From Candidatus Parcubacteria bacterium (GTDB taxonomy: Bacteria; Patescibacteriota; Patescibacteriia; Patescibacteriales; UBA12075): DNA of 64,000 nt. The stretch is taken from positions 426,537-490,536 of the forward strand of contig CAWFCE010000002.1 of assembly GCA_963814275.1 (NCBI GenBank), in the 5' to 3' direction. The translations under genes were made by a program, and so were the position numbers. Under the pieces are notes generated by a model. It was not told where the DNA came from, searched no databases, and saw only the letters and a program-made list of their open reading frames with translations. This document shows, one piece after another, positions 1-8,397 of this stretch (the first letter of the stretch is position 1; the number at the start of each line of letters is the position of its first letter).

Positions 1-141
1 ATTAACAATTTGCAAGAACTTAAGGATAACGATGATGTAAGTTTCGGTTATACAGAGCAAAGCGCCCAAGAGGCGTTGCTGTATGTAATAGATGAGGATT
101 TGGTAAGCGTTTTTCGTAATAATAATTATAAAAGGAGGTGA
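1..141 (+). CDS. 3' end of an unidentified CDS truncated by the window edge
   Basis: Frame +1 is open from nt 1 (INNLQELKDNDDVSFGYTEQSAQEALLYVIDEDLVSVFRNNNYKRR) to TGA at 139-141 and is followed by a hairpin terminator. It is too short to assign a family. Confidence 0.3.
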   Translation: MNNLQELKDNDDVSFGYTEQSAQEALLYVIDEDLVSVFRNNNYKRR

Positions 142-151
142 ATATAATAAA

Positions 152-184
152 GGCCGTGTTTTTCTAAGAAAAACACGGCCTTTT
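152..184. terminator. bidirectional rho-independent terminator between convergent genes
   Basis: Perfect 13-bp stem GGCCGTGTTTTTC (152-164) / GAAAAACACGGCC (168-180) with a 3-nt loop. A T-run follows at 181-184, and the flank on the other side is A/T-rich. Confidence 0.75.
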
Positions 185-205
185 AATTTATATAATTTTA
201 TTTAT

Positions 206-1360
206 TTAAAAATAAATCACTTTTTTCCGTTTGAGGCATTCATAGGCGTAGAGATAGGCGCCGGCGCTCCAGGCTTGATAGGGCTCGCCCTTGGGACGGC
301 CGCTCCGGCCGGAAAGCCATTCGTTGAACTCGTAGCCGGTCTTCATGCCGCGGATCTTATATTTCTGCAGATTGGCCTTAGCCAGTTCATCCAAGGCCTT
401 TTCCGCTTCTTGGTATTTCTTCAGGCGCACGAGGGCAGCCACGTAGAAGCCGCCGATCATCGGCCAGACCCCGCCGTTCAGGTAGTGGTAAGGCGTACGG
501 GCGTCGCATTGCTCGAAATAGGGCTGCCAGGCCGGGTCGCCCGGTTTGAGCGGCGGCCAGAGCGCTTTGCAGGGATAGGGCCGGTCGATCTTTTCCTTTT
601 TGACATGGCCCAGTATTTTTTTGGCGTGCGGAAAGGTGGCCAGGCCGGTGACTACCGCCAGAAGATTGGCCAGGGTGTCGAACCAGTCTTCCGTTTCCTT
701 GATACCGGCGTGGTCTTTCCAGGCCCAGGGGCGGAAATAGCCCAGCTTGTCATCCCAAAGCGACAGGTATTTTTCAATCTCACCATTGACTACACCGCGT
801 ATATGGGATGCGGCTTTGTCATTCCCGACCAGGCGCAGGACAGCATAGTAAAGAGCCTGGGTGTGGAGGACGCGGCCGTATTTGTGCGGAAAGGCATCCA
901 TCCAGTCGTTGGTCGGCTGTTGGACGATGAGGCCGTCTTCGTTGGGATCCTGGTAGCGGAGCCAGACCAGCGCCTTGGCGATGTTGGTCTTGTGTTGTTC
1001 CAACAGTTTATGGTCGCGGTAGGCAGTCGCATAAATATAATGTCCGATAATGAACCAAAGCGGCGCATCAATCGAATTGAAGGTTACATCGGAACGGCGT
1101 TCGATATTGTATGAGCCGACGCAATTCGGAATGTGTCCGTTCGTGGTCTGATGTTTTGCCAGTATGCCGAGAGTATCGCGGATCGGCTTCTGGAAATCGC
1201 GGCTAATGAGCGAGGCGCCGAGCGCGGTGGTCAGGCCGTCACGCGCCCAGACCGCTTCATAGCCGCCCTTCAGGCCGGAAGCGTTGAAACCGGCAGGCTT
1301 GTTGGCACAGGCGTGGATTACTTCGATAGCAATTTTATAGGCTTTTTCAATAGTAGACAT
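206..1360 (-). CDS. (alpha/alpha)6-barrel glycoside hydrolase, amylo-alpha-1,6-glucosidase (GDE_C) / neutral-invertase-like clan
   Basis: 384-aa ORF. Motifs EAVWARDG, QQPTNDWMDAF..GRVLHTQALYYAVL and GEPYQAWSAGAYLYAY resemble the GDE_C pattern (tWMDa...eiqALwynAL ... QAWS) as I recall it. The antisense ORF 275-1114 carries no comparable signal. Confidence 0.7.
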   Translation of the reverse strand: MSTIEKAYKIAIEVIHACANKPAGFNASGLKGGYEAVWARDGLTTALGASLISRDFQKPIRDTLGILAKHQTTNGHIPNCVGSYNIERRSDVTFNSIDAPLWFIIGHYIYATAYRDHKLLEQHKTNIAKALVWLRYQDPNEDGLIVQQPTNDWMDAFPHKYGRVLHTQALYYAVLRLVGNDKAASHIRGVVNGEIEKYLSLWDDKLGYFRPWAWKDHAGIKETEDWFDTLANLLAVVTGLATFPHAKKILGHVKKEKIDRPYPCKALWPPLKPGDPAWQPYFEQCDARTPYHYLNGGVWPMIGGFYVAALVRLKKYQEAEKALDELAKANLQKYKIRGMKTGYEFNEWLSGRSGRPKGEPYQAWSAGAYLYAYECLKRKKVIYF

Positions 1361-1497
1361 AGAATAGTATATTTTTTATTTATTAAATAACCAATGATTG
1401 AATACCCAAACTGTTTGATTATTGGAATTTGATTTTTTTTGGTTATAGTATCTTGGTTGTTGGTTATTAAAACGTGCTAAATAGTCGTTTATAGTTG

Positions 1498-2994
1498 TCA
1501 TTTATTTTCGATTATATAAGCGTTGCTAGCCAGACGTTTTCGCAAAAACTGCTTGATGTATTTCAGGGCGGCAACCCTTTTTATCATTTGGCTAAGATAG
1601 AATTTGAAATAATATGTTCCCTGCAGATTTTTGAGGAAAGCGGCATATAGCCAGTAATGCCAGGGGCGGCGGCCGCGGTATACCAGGTAATCAAACCAGA
1701 TATAGGAACGGCGGATGCGGCGGCGGGAGAATCCGGGCAGATCGAGCGTCGCCCGGGCGCGTTCAGTGCGCGGATCCAGATGCCCTTTGATTAGGCCCTG
1801 CTCACGGGCGATCCGTTCCAATTCGGTGCCGGGATAGGGGTAAAAAATGGAAGTATAATGCCAATCCGGCTGGCAGATCCGGTTTATACGCACGGTTTCA
1901 AGAAAATCTTCATACCGTTCACCCGGTAAGCCGATCATATTAAAGAAGGCTACTTTCAGGCCATAACGGCGGGCAAGCTTGACGATATTTATAACATCTT
2001 CATTCTTATATTGGCGTTTCAGGATCGTACTACGGATTTTTTCACTGCCCGATTCGAGTCCGATATTGAGGAAGCGGAAGTTACTATCCCGGAAAGCCCG
2101 GAAAAGCGGTTCAAAATCACGGCCGGGTATAATCCGCAGGTTAACGCCGTAGCTAAACGGTTTGCCGTTCATATCGTTAAATCGCCTGATGCGCGAGCAG
2201 AGATCCAGAACCCAGGGAATATCGACGCCAATCGTTTCCACTTCCAAGTATATTTCCCGGTTATTCGGAAAATGCCGGTACACGTCTTCAAGCTCTTCGA
2301 CGATATTCCCGGGCGACCGCAGCCGGTAATAGCGGCCGTCGGCAATTCTTTTCAGGGCATGGTTGCAGCAATAGGTACAATCAAAAGGACAGCCGCGTCC
2401 GAGGATTATGGCATGGCGTGAACCGGGTTGCTCTTCGATCCATTCCTGCCACATTTCACGGTCGGGAAATGGCAAACTGTCTAAGTCCTCCAGAAACGGC
2501 CGGGCCGCGTTCTTCTCCCAATTGTTATTTTGGCGAAGCCAGAGATTCTTGATACCACTTGGTTTTTGGCTGCTGGCAAGCCGGTTTGCCAGTTCCAGAA
2601 CCGGGTATTCGCCCTCGCCGACACATATCGCATCAAAACCGGTTTCACGGCTGACCGCATCCGGATTAAGGCTGGCATGCGGACCACCGATGATATTGTA
2701 AATTTCGGGAAACTCACGTTTTGACCAAGCGGCATGTTCGGCCAGGAATTCGTATTGGGTGGCGACCGCGGTATAACAAACAAGACCCGGGCGGAATTCG
2801 ATAACCGCTTGGGCCAGGCGTTTACGATTGGCACTACCGAGTATCCTGCTCAGGATAATAAGTTTCGTTTGGTGTCCGTTCGATTTCAGTAATGCCGAAA
2901 TATATGAAATACCGAATTGGATTTGGTCCTGATTCCTCAAAGGCTTATCCGGTTTCAAAATATCATCGAGCGAAAAAATAAATAGAACTTTCAT
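1498..2994 (-). CDS. B12-binding-domain radical SAM enzyme
   Basis: 498-aa ORF. The N-terminus looks like a B12-binding Rossmann region (MKVLFIFSLDD...GHQTKLIIL). The canonical CX3CX2C motif GRGCPFDCTYCCNH is encoded at 2359-2400 on the minus strand. Confidence 0.85.
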   Translation of the reverse strand: MKVLFIFSLDDILKPDKPLRNQDQIQFGISYISALLKSNGHQTKLIILSRILGSANRKRLAQAVIEFRPGLVCYTAVATQYEFLAEHAAWSKREFPEIYNIIGGPHASLNPDAVSRETGFDAICVGEGEYPVLELANRLASSQKPSGIKNLWLRQNNNWEKNAARPFLEDLDSLPFPDREMWQEWIEEQPGSRHAIILGRGCPFDCTYCCNHALKRIADGRYYRLRSPGNIVEELEDVYRHFPNNREIYLEVETIGVDIPWVLDLCSRIRRFNDMNGKPFSYGVNLRIIPGRDFEPLFRAFRDSNFRFLNIGLESGSEKIRSTILKRQYKNEDVINIVKLARRYGLKVAFFNMIGLPGERYEDFLETVRINRICQPDWHYTSIFYPYPGTELERIAREQGLIKGHLDPRTERARATLDLPGFSRRRIRRSYIWFDYLVYRGRRPWHYWLYAAFLKNLQGTYYFKFYLSQMIKRVAALKYIKQFLRKRLASNAYIIENK

Positions 2995-3075
2995 TCATGT
3001 GCTGTAAATGACTTTTTATAAGTAAATTGGTTTGAGGCCAATAGCCTGCTTCTTTGGCCCCGGTAGACAATTGGA

Positions 3076-5328
3076 TTACTTATCTTTGATCTTTTCGATC
3101 GCCAGCCGGGCGAGAAAATAGGAAATCGATGATTCGGCGCCCTGGTTGAAATTGAGTGAGTATTTGCCCAAACCGTCGAAACAGCCGCCGGTCGCTTCGT
3201 CATAGACCATCTGGTTCAAATGGTTTTTGCCCAGGAACCATTGGAAGGCCAACTTGGCTTTGTCGCGGTAGATCTTTTTGCCGGTCGTTATATGCGCTGC
3301 CGCCAATCCTTCAACAGCCGAGGCGGCGTCTTCCGGCTGCTGGTCGAAATAGGCCCGTTTGCCGTTGCGGAAATACCAGCCATCCTGCCCGATAGGTGCG
3401 AAATAGCCTTCCTTTTCGAAGGTAATATCCAAAAGGAATTTCAGGCTTTTCTCCGCTACTTCCCGGTAGCGTTTGCTTTGGGTAAGGGAATAAGCTCGAA
3501 AAAGCGCTTCCGGCAGTTTGAAATTGGAGTAAGTCAGGCAGTCTTCGAACCAATACCATGATTTGCCGTTGGTATTGTTGTCGATTTGCCAGTCGAATTG
3601 GGCGACCAGCTTATCGCTTAATACTGTAATTAATTCGATGATTTCTTCCCGCCAATCATTAGGCATGATATCCTCATTTTGGACTTTGGCGACATGGTAA
3701 AGTCCGATGATCGAGAAAGCAATGGCGCGCGGCGAACGGAGATCAAGCAGGTGGGGCTTCGTTTTTTTGAGCATTGTTTTGGCCTGTGTCCGGACATCGT
3801 CCGGCAAGCGTTCGCTGCGGACCGCGTAGCCCAGAGCCCAGACCGCCCGGCCGAGCGAGTCTTCGCTTTCGGAAAGATCATTGAATGTCCGCTGATGGCT
3901 GACGAAGTTGTGGAAGCGGCCGTCGCGGCGCTGGCAGAATTTGACGAAAGCCAGATAGCGGTATATGAGGTCCAGAGTGCTTTTTATCCGTTTGTGTTCG
4001 TACCATTTAATACAGCCGATCAGGGCGCGGGCATTGTCGTCCAGGCAATAGCCGGAGTGCTTATCCGGCCGGGTGTGGTTGGCGAATTGGATCATACCGA
4101 ATTCGTCAGTCAGGTTTTTCAGATAATCGAGCTTGATCGGCGGCCATTTCCCCTGATTCCGCGGCATGATCTTGGCAAAATGGTTGAAAGTCTTGAAATA
4201 GGACAAAGCGACATTCTGCCAGGTCATGTGGCGGGTATAGAAATAGGTATTTTTGGACATGTTTTTGCGCATTTGTTTGTCCGCGAGCATCTCCAGGAGC
4301 GCCTTCTTGATGTCGCCGGGATTACGGAAACGGACCAGGATGCCCCGTTCACGGTTGATCACGCTCTGCGCATATTGGCTGGCGGTCGCGATCGACGGAC
4401 AAGCGCAGGACATCGCGTCGGAAAGCGAGCCGCTTGAAGCCTGTTCACGGGACAACATGGGATAGACGTAAATATCGGTCGCTTTGAGAAAATCGATCAC
4501 TTCCCGTTCGGTCAGGTATTTATTGTAGAATTTGACGTGGTCCTCCAGGCCGTGTTTGAAGACCAGACGCTTCAGTTTGTTGCGGTAGCGCTCGCCTTCG
4601 TTCTTCAATACCTGCGGATGGGTCGCTCCGATGATAAGATAAAGGATATCCGGATATTCCTTAACCACCTCGGGAAGCGCTTCGATCGCGTACTCGATGC
4701 CCTTGTCCTGGCTGATCATACCGAACGTGGCGATAACCGTCCGGCCGGACAGATTGAGTTTCCGTTTGGAGCGTGATTTGGAAGGAAAGGCGACATTAAA
4801 TACTCCATGGGGAATAACCATTATTTTGTTGGCTTTGACGCCGTATACTTCACTCAGGATGTCTTTGGCGCGGTGGTTCATCACGACCACACCTGAAGCC
4901 TTATCCGCGATCACCCGGCCGATCTTTTTCATCTTGTCGTCCGGATGAGGCAATACCGTATGCATCGTGACGATGATCGGTTTTTTGACCATCTCCAGAA
5001 AAGGGATCAAAAATTCGCCCTGTTCGCCGCCGAACAGGCCGTATTCATGCTGGATATTCACCAGCTTGATATCCGGCTGTCGGTTGATGTCGTGGGCGCG
5101 GTTCAGATAGTCCTCGATCTCCGTTTCGTTGATTTGCATCACAACGCGGCGCGGATAATTGTAGATAGAAGTGCCGTTGGAATTGATAGCCAGTATTTTG
5201 CCCTTGACCTCAGGATTGAATTCTTTGTCAATTGCGCTGGTCAGCCGCTTGGTGAAAGTCGCGATGCCGCATTCGCGTGGCGGGAATGAGCTGACATATA
5301 GGATACAGGGGGATGGCGGTTTGGACAT
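3076..5328 (-). CDS. GT4-family glycosyltransferase fused to a C-terminal ~350-aa helical (six-hairpin-like) domain
   Basis: 750-aa ORF. The N-half has GT-B/GT4 hallmarks (SSFPPRECGIATFT, HEYGLFGG, EQASSGSLSDAMSCACPSIAT). The C-half, from about KWPPIKLDYL, is helix-rich with DDNARAL, GRAVWALGY and QGAESSISYFLA motifs; the fold assignment for this half is inference. Confidence 0.75.
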   Translation of the reverse strand: MSKPPSPCILYVSSFPPRECGIATFTKRLTSAIDKEFNPEVKGKILAINSNGTSIYNYPRRVVMQINETEIEDYLNRAHDINRQPDIKLVNIQHEYGLFGGEQGEFLIPFLEMVKKPIIVTMHTVLPHPDDKMKKIGRVIADKASGVVVMNHRAKDILSEVYGVKANKIMVIPHGVFNVAFPSKSRSKRKLNLSGRTVIATFGMISQDKGIEYAIEALPEVVKEYPDILYLIIGATHPQVLKNEGERYRNKLKRLVFKHGLEDHVKFYNKYLTEREVIDFLKATDIYVYPMLSREQASSGSLSDAMSCACPSIATASQYAQSVINRERGILVRFRNPGDIKKALLEMLADKQMRKNMSKNTYFYTRHMTWQNVALSYFKTFNHFAKIMPRNQGKWPPIKLDYLKNLTDEFGMIQFANHTRPDKHSGYCLDDNARALIGCIKWYEHKRIKSTLDLIYRYLAFVKFCQRRDGRFHNFVSHQRTFNDLSESEDSLGRAVWALGYAVRSERLPDDVRTQAKTMLKKTKPHLLDLRSPRAIAFSIIGLYHVAKVQNEDIMPNDWREEIIELITVLSDKLVAQFDWQIDNNTNGKSWYWFEDCLTYSNFKLPEALFRAYSLTQSKRYREVAEKSLKFLLDITFEKEGYFAPIGQDGWYFRNGKRAYFDQQPEDAASAVEGLAAAHITTGKKIYRDKAKLAFQWFLGKNHLNQMVYDEATGGCFDGLGKYSLNFNQGAESSISYFLARLAIEKIKDK

Positions 5329-5368
5329 AAAATAGTTTGATATTTGAAAAATTTTATTTTCAGCGTAA

Positions 5369-5399
5369 AATCCGCGTAGTAATCCGCGTAAAATCCGCG
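5369..5399. repeat. three direct AATCCGCG repeats with 12- and 11-nt phasing
   Basis: AATCCGCG occurs at 5369-5376, 5381-5388 and 5392-5399, inside the 139-nt spacer between the GH130 and GT4 genes. Confidence 0.6.
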
Positions 5400-5443
5400 G
5401 TCAAAAGTCTAATATTTATAAAATCTTTATATTTAAGCATAAA

Positions 5444-5461
5444 GAAAGAATATATTCTTTC
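5444..5461. repeat. perfect 18-nt palindrome GAAAGAATATATTCTTTC
   Basis: It lies 6 nt downstream of the GH130 stop codon (minus strand). It could be a weak A/U-rich terminator or attenuator hairpin, or an operator. Confidence 0.5.
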
Positions 5462-5467
5462 CATGTC

Positions 5468-6499
5468 TTAACTTTTAACTTTATTGCGCAGTAGTTCTTT
5501 GACCAGTAGGTCGATATTGACGCTGGCGACCGAAACGCGCGAATCGGCTGAACCGTAATAGATATAGAGGCGGTCTTTGAAGCGGGCGGTACCGGTCGGG
5601 AACACCACATTATGGACAAAGCCATTGCGCTCATTGTAGTGTTTCGGTACGAAAAGAGGCTGGGGCAGGCGGGCAATCAGCTTGGTCGGATTTTTGAGAT
5701 CGAGCAGCGCGGCTCCCGCCGAATATATGCGGCCCCGGTTTCTCGGCTCCACGCCGTGGTAGATAAGTATCCAGCCGTGGTCGGTCTTGACCGGAGGCGC
5801 TCCGCCGCCGATATGGCGCGCTTCCCAGCCGTGGCGTCCCTCCAGGACGACTTGCCGTCCGATAGTGCGCAGCTGCTTGATCCAGTAGTCATTACGTTTG
5901 AGTTCATCAAAATCGCCGAACTTAGAGACCTGGATATCGGGATTGATATGGTGAAGCAGGGCGTATTTTCGGCCCAGCTTTTCCGGAAACAGGATGCCGT
6001 CCTTTTCCCAGACTTTGACGTTCTTGCCGGCGAATTTTTCGTAATAACTGGCGAAAAAATAGTAATCATCTTTGAGTTTGGAATGATCGAAGAGCTTCAC
6101 GGCATCACGATACATTATAGTCGGGGAGATGATGCCGCCGCGACGCAGTTTGAAGATATTCGGGCCGTACATATAGGCGATCAGGGCATGGCGTCCGTCA
6201 TGGGCGATATAAGTGAGATAAAAAGTGTCACCGATCTTGACGATGCGGGGATCTTCAATACCATGGCTCTCATAGGCAGCCAGGCGCTGGTAAAGCGGGC
6301 GTTTCCAGCGCTTGACGACCTGCAGTGGTCCATTCAGTTCGGCGTAGCCGAAACAGGACATGTATTCCTTGTTGACGGCACGGTAAATGACATGGATTTT
6401 ATCTCCTTCCTGGTAAATTCCCGGATTAAAAACGGCCTTGTTCTCGAAAACAAGCCGGGTTGGTTTGAGTATCGCGCCGTGTCTCACTACTCTTAACAT
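5468..6499 (-). CDS. GH130-family (former DUF377, PH1107-related) beta-mannoside phosphorylase/glycosidase-like protein
   Basis: 343-aa ORF. Motifs VFNPG, GIEDPRIVKIGDTFYLTYIAHDG, GGGAPPVKTDHGWILIYHGV and LYIYYGSADSRVSVA match the GH130 beta-propeller family as recalled. Confidence 0.8.
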   Translation of the reverse strand: MLRVVRHGAILKPTRLVFENKAVFNPGIYQEGDKIHVIYRAVNKEYMSCFGYAELNGPLQVVKRWKRPLYQRLAAYESHGIEDPRIVKIGDTFYLTYIAHDGRHALIAYMYGPNIFKLRRGGIISPTIMYRDAVKLFDHSKLKDDYYFFASYYEKFAGKNVKVWEKDGILFPEKLGRKYALLHHINPDIQVSKFGDFDELKRNDYWIKQLRTIGRQVVLEGRHGWEARHIGGGAPPVKTDHGWILIYHGVEPRNRGRIYSAGAALLDLKNPTKLIARLPQPLFVPKHYNERNGFVHNVVFPTGTARFKDRLYIYYGSADSRVSVASVNIDLLVKELLRNKVKS

Positions 6500-6641
6500 A
6501 GGTTAATTATAACAAAAATATTTTATCTAAGCAATAAAATAAGATTATACCGGGTTCAGAGTCCGGCGACCTAGCCATGTCAGATTCAAAGCGCTGTTTA
6601 CCGCCGCAACATGGCGCTAACGCCCAGGACGCGGCTTATAT

Positions 6642-6669
6642 TTGACCGTTTAGTCAAATGTGCTATAAT
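6642..6669 (+). promoter_or_regulatory. sigma70-like promoter for the response-regulator gene
   Basis: TTGACC (6642-6647), 16-nt spacer, TATAAT (6664-6669). AAGGAGG lies at 6704-6710 ahead of ATG 6714. The -35 element sits inside the inverted repeat TTTGAC-N6-GTCAAA (6641-6658). Confidence 0.45.
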
Positions 6670-6713
6670 ATTATTAGAATCAGATTAAAATTTGTCAAAT
6701 AACAAGGAGGCGT

Positions 6714-7394
6714 ATGCGAATTTTAGTTGTCGAGGATGAAAAAGAGATCCGTAATTTCCTCAAAAAAAGCCTGGAAGCGGAATGTTTTGCCGTTGACGCG
6801 GCCGCTGACGGCGAAGAAGGATTGCGGCTGGCCCGCAATAACGATTACGACCTGTTGTTATTGGATAATATCATGCCGAAAAAGAGCGGCAAAGACATGT
6901 GCACCGAACTGCGGGCCGTCAAATGCGCCGTGCCGATCCTGATGCTTTCAGTGAAATCGGAAGCCACTACCAAAGCCGACCTGCTGAACGCCGGCGCGGA
7001 CGATTATTTGACCAAGCCGTTCTCGATCGACGAGCTGATGGCCCGGATCAGGGCGCTCCTACGCCGGCCGAAAAAGATCGAAACGGAAATATACGAGATC
7101 GACGACTTGGTCCTCAGTGACAGCCGCCATCTAGTTACACGGGGCGGCCAGGAGATCTATCTGGCGCGCAAGGAATTCGCATTGCTTAAATATATGCTGC
7201 AAAACAAAGAGATCGTATTGTCGCGCAGCATGATCATGGAGCATGTCTGGGATATGGGCGCCGATCCGTTTTCCAATACGATCGAAGCGCATATCAATAG
7301 TTTACGGAAAAAGATCGATCTTCCCGATAAGAACAAGCTGATCCATACCGTTGCCGGCCGGGGATACAAGATCGACATAAAAAACGGCGAATAA
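6714..7394 (+). CDS. OmpR-family response regulator (REC + winged-helix Trans_reg_C)
   Basis: 226 aa. Receiver motifs are present (ILVVEDE, DLLLLDNIMPKKSG, LTKPF), and the C-terminus is a winged helix (LSRSMIMEHVWD...HTVAGRGYKI). Confidence 0.9.
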   Translation: MRILVVEDEKEIRNFLKKSLEAECFAVDAAADGEEGLRLARNNDYDLLLLDNIMPKKSGKDMCTELRAVKCAVPILMLSVKSEATTKADLLNAGADDYLTKPFSIDELMARIRALLRRPKKIETEIYEIDDLVLSDSRHLVTRGGQEIYLARKEFALLKYMLQNKEIVLSRSMIMEHVWDMGADPFSNTIEAHINSLRKKIDLPDKNKLIHTVAGRGYKIDIKNGE

Positions 7395-7427
7395 TCAGCT
7401 GATTACCGGCATAATGGTACGCAATAG

Positions 7428-7448
7428 AACCGCATGGGCGGTTTTTTT
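7428..7448 (+). terminator. small rho-independent terminator
   Basis: AACCGC (7428-7433), ATGG loop, GCGGTT (7438-7443), then TTTTT. It lies 34 nt after the response-regulator stop. Confidence 0.5.
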
Positions 7449-7651
7449 GATTGGCAAAATATTAATTTATTTTTTCTTTATTTTTTCTTTATTTTTTAAT
7501 TAGAATTATTTTATTTCATATTGATAAAATATAATTAAAATTATGCGGATGACCGTTCTTTCTGCAGTTGGAAAACCAAGGAGGAATTTCCAACTCACAT
7601 TAAGTGTCGATTGCCAATCAATTTAACCTTACTGTCGGAAAGGAGCAGATA

Positions 7652-8335
7652 ATGGAACCGGAATACAGGATATTTTTGACCGAGGAGTTGGAAAAATTAA
7701 CCCAAGAAACGATACAAAATATCGCGACTTGCTATCGTGAAGTATTTAATTATTTTTGGCACGAGAATTGGACACCCGAAGAAGCTTACGATGAAGTGAA
7801 AAAGGGCTTAGCCATAAATAATTGCCGCCAGCCGCTTTTGTCGATCATGGATATTAAGGATAAAGTGGTAGGTTTTGCCTGGGTAATTTTAGCCTCACGG
7901 GAAGGGTTATCGACCGATGATATGCCATTCGGACTGGCGGATACGGAAAAAGTATATGGGACAAATGTCGTGAAATATTGGTGCGATCTGGCTGGAATAA
8001 ATAAATTCCTGATTTTTCGGGAGATTGGCATAAGTAAAGATTTCCAAAACTGGAAAGGCGAGCATACGGCATCGAAGTTGTCAGTGCCGTTGATGAAAGC
8101 GGCCCTCGCCCGGGGGTATGAGGTGTTATTCTACTGGACAAATCCGCAAAGCGCGTCATTCAAACAGGGCCTTAATTTCGGCTGGCACCCCATACACTTT
8201 TTTACCGGAGCGGACCGCGTTATAATGAAGGGAAGCATCAGAAATCTTGTACATTGTCTGGAAGGCGTGCTCAAAAAAGAGCGCCAGATATTTAAAGAAA
8301 TGAATCAAAACCGAAAAAATTATTATTGCCGGTAA
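7652..8335 (+). CDS. hypothetical protein, possible GNAT-fold acyltransferase
   Basis: I prefer ATG at 7652 because AGGAG lies 6 nt upstream; the GTG at 7604 in the ORF track has no SD. The segment VVGFAWVIL...FREIGISKDFQNWKGEHTASKLSVPLMKAALARGYEVLFYWTNPQSASFKQGLNFGW follows the GNAT beta4-alpha3...beta5-alpha4 pattern only loosely. Confidence 0.45.
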   Translation: MEPEYRIFLTEELEKLTQETIQNIATCYREVFNYFWHENWTPEEAYDEVKKGLAINNCRQPLLSIMDIKDKVVGFAWVILASREGLSTDDMPFGLADTEKVYGTNVVKYWCDLAGINKFLIFREIGISKDFQNWKGEHTASKLSVPLMKAALARGYEVLFYWTNPQSASFKQGLNFGWHPIHFFTGADRVIMKGSIRNLVHCLEGVLKKERQIFKEMNQNRKNYYCR

Positions 8336-8397
8336 ATCGGTCAAGGGCAATTAAGTTTTCCGTTAATTGCCCTTATATTTATTTCAAGTTAAAATAT

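Noticed and set aside
275-1114. 279-aa plus-strand ORF antisense to the GDE_C-like hydrolase gene
   Set aside because: The sense (minus) frame carries clear family motifs. The antisense translation is Gly/Arg/Val/Phe-rich with no recognisable domain, as is typical of a shadow ORF.
5612-6496. 294-aa plus-strand ORF antisense to the GH130 gene
   Set aside because: It is a shadow ORF. The minus frame has the GH130 motifs, and the plus frame has none and lacks an SD or promoter context.
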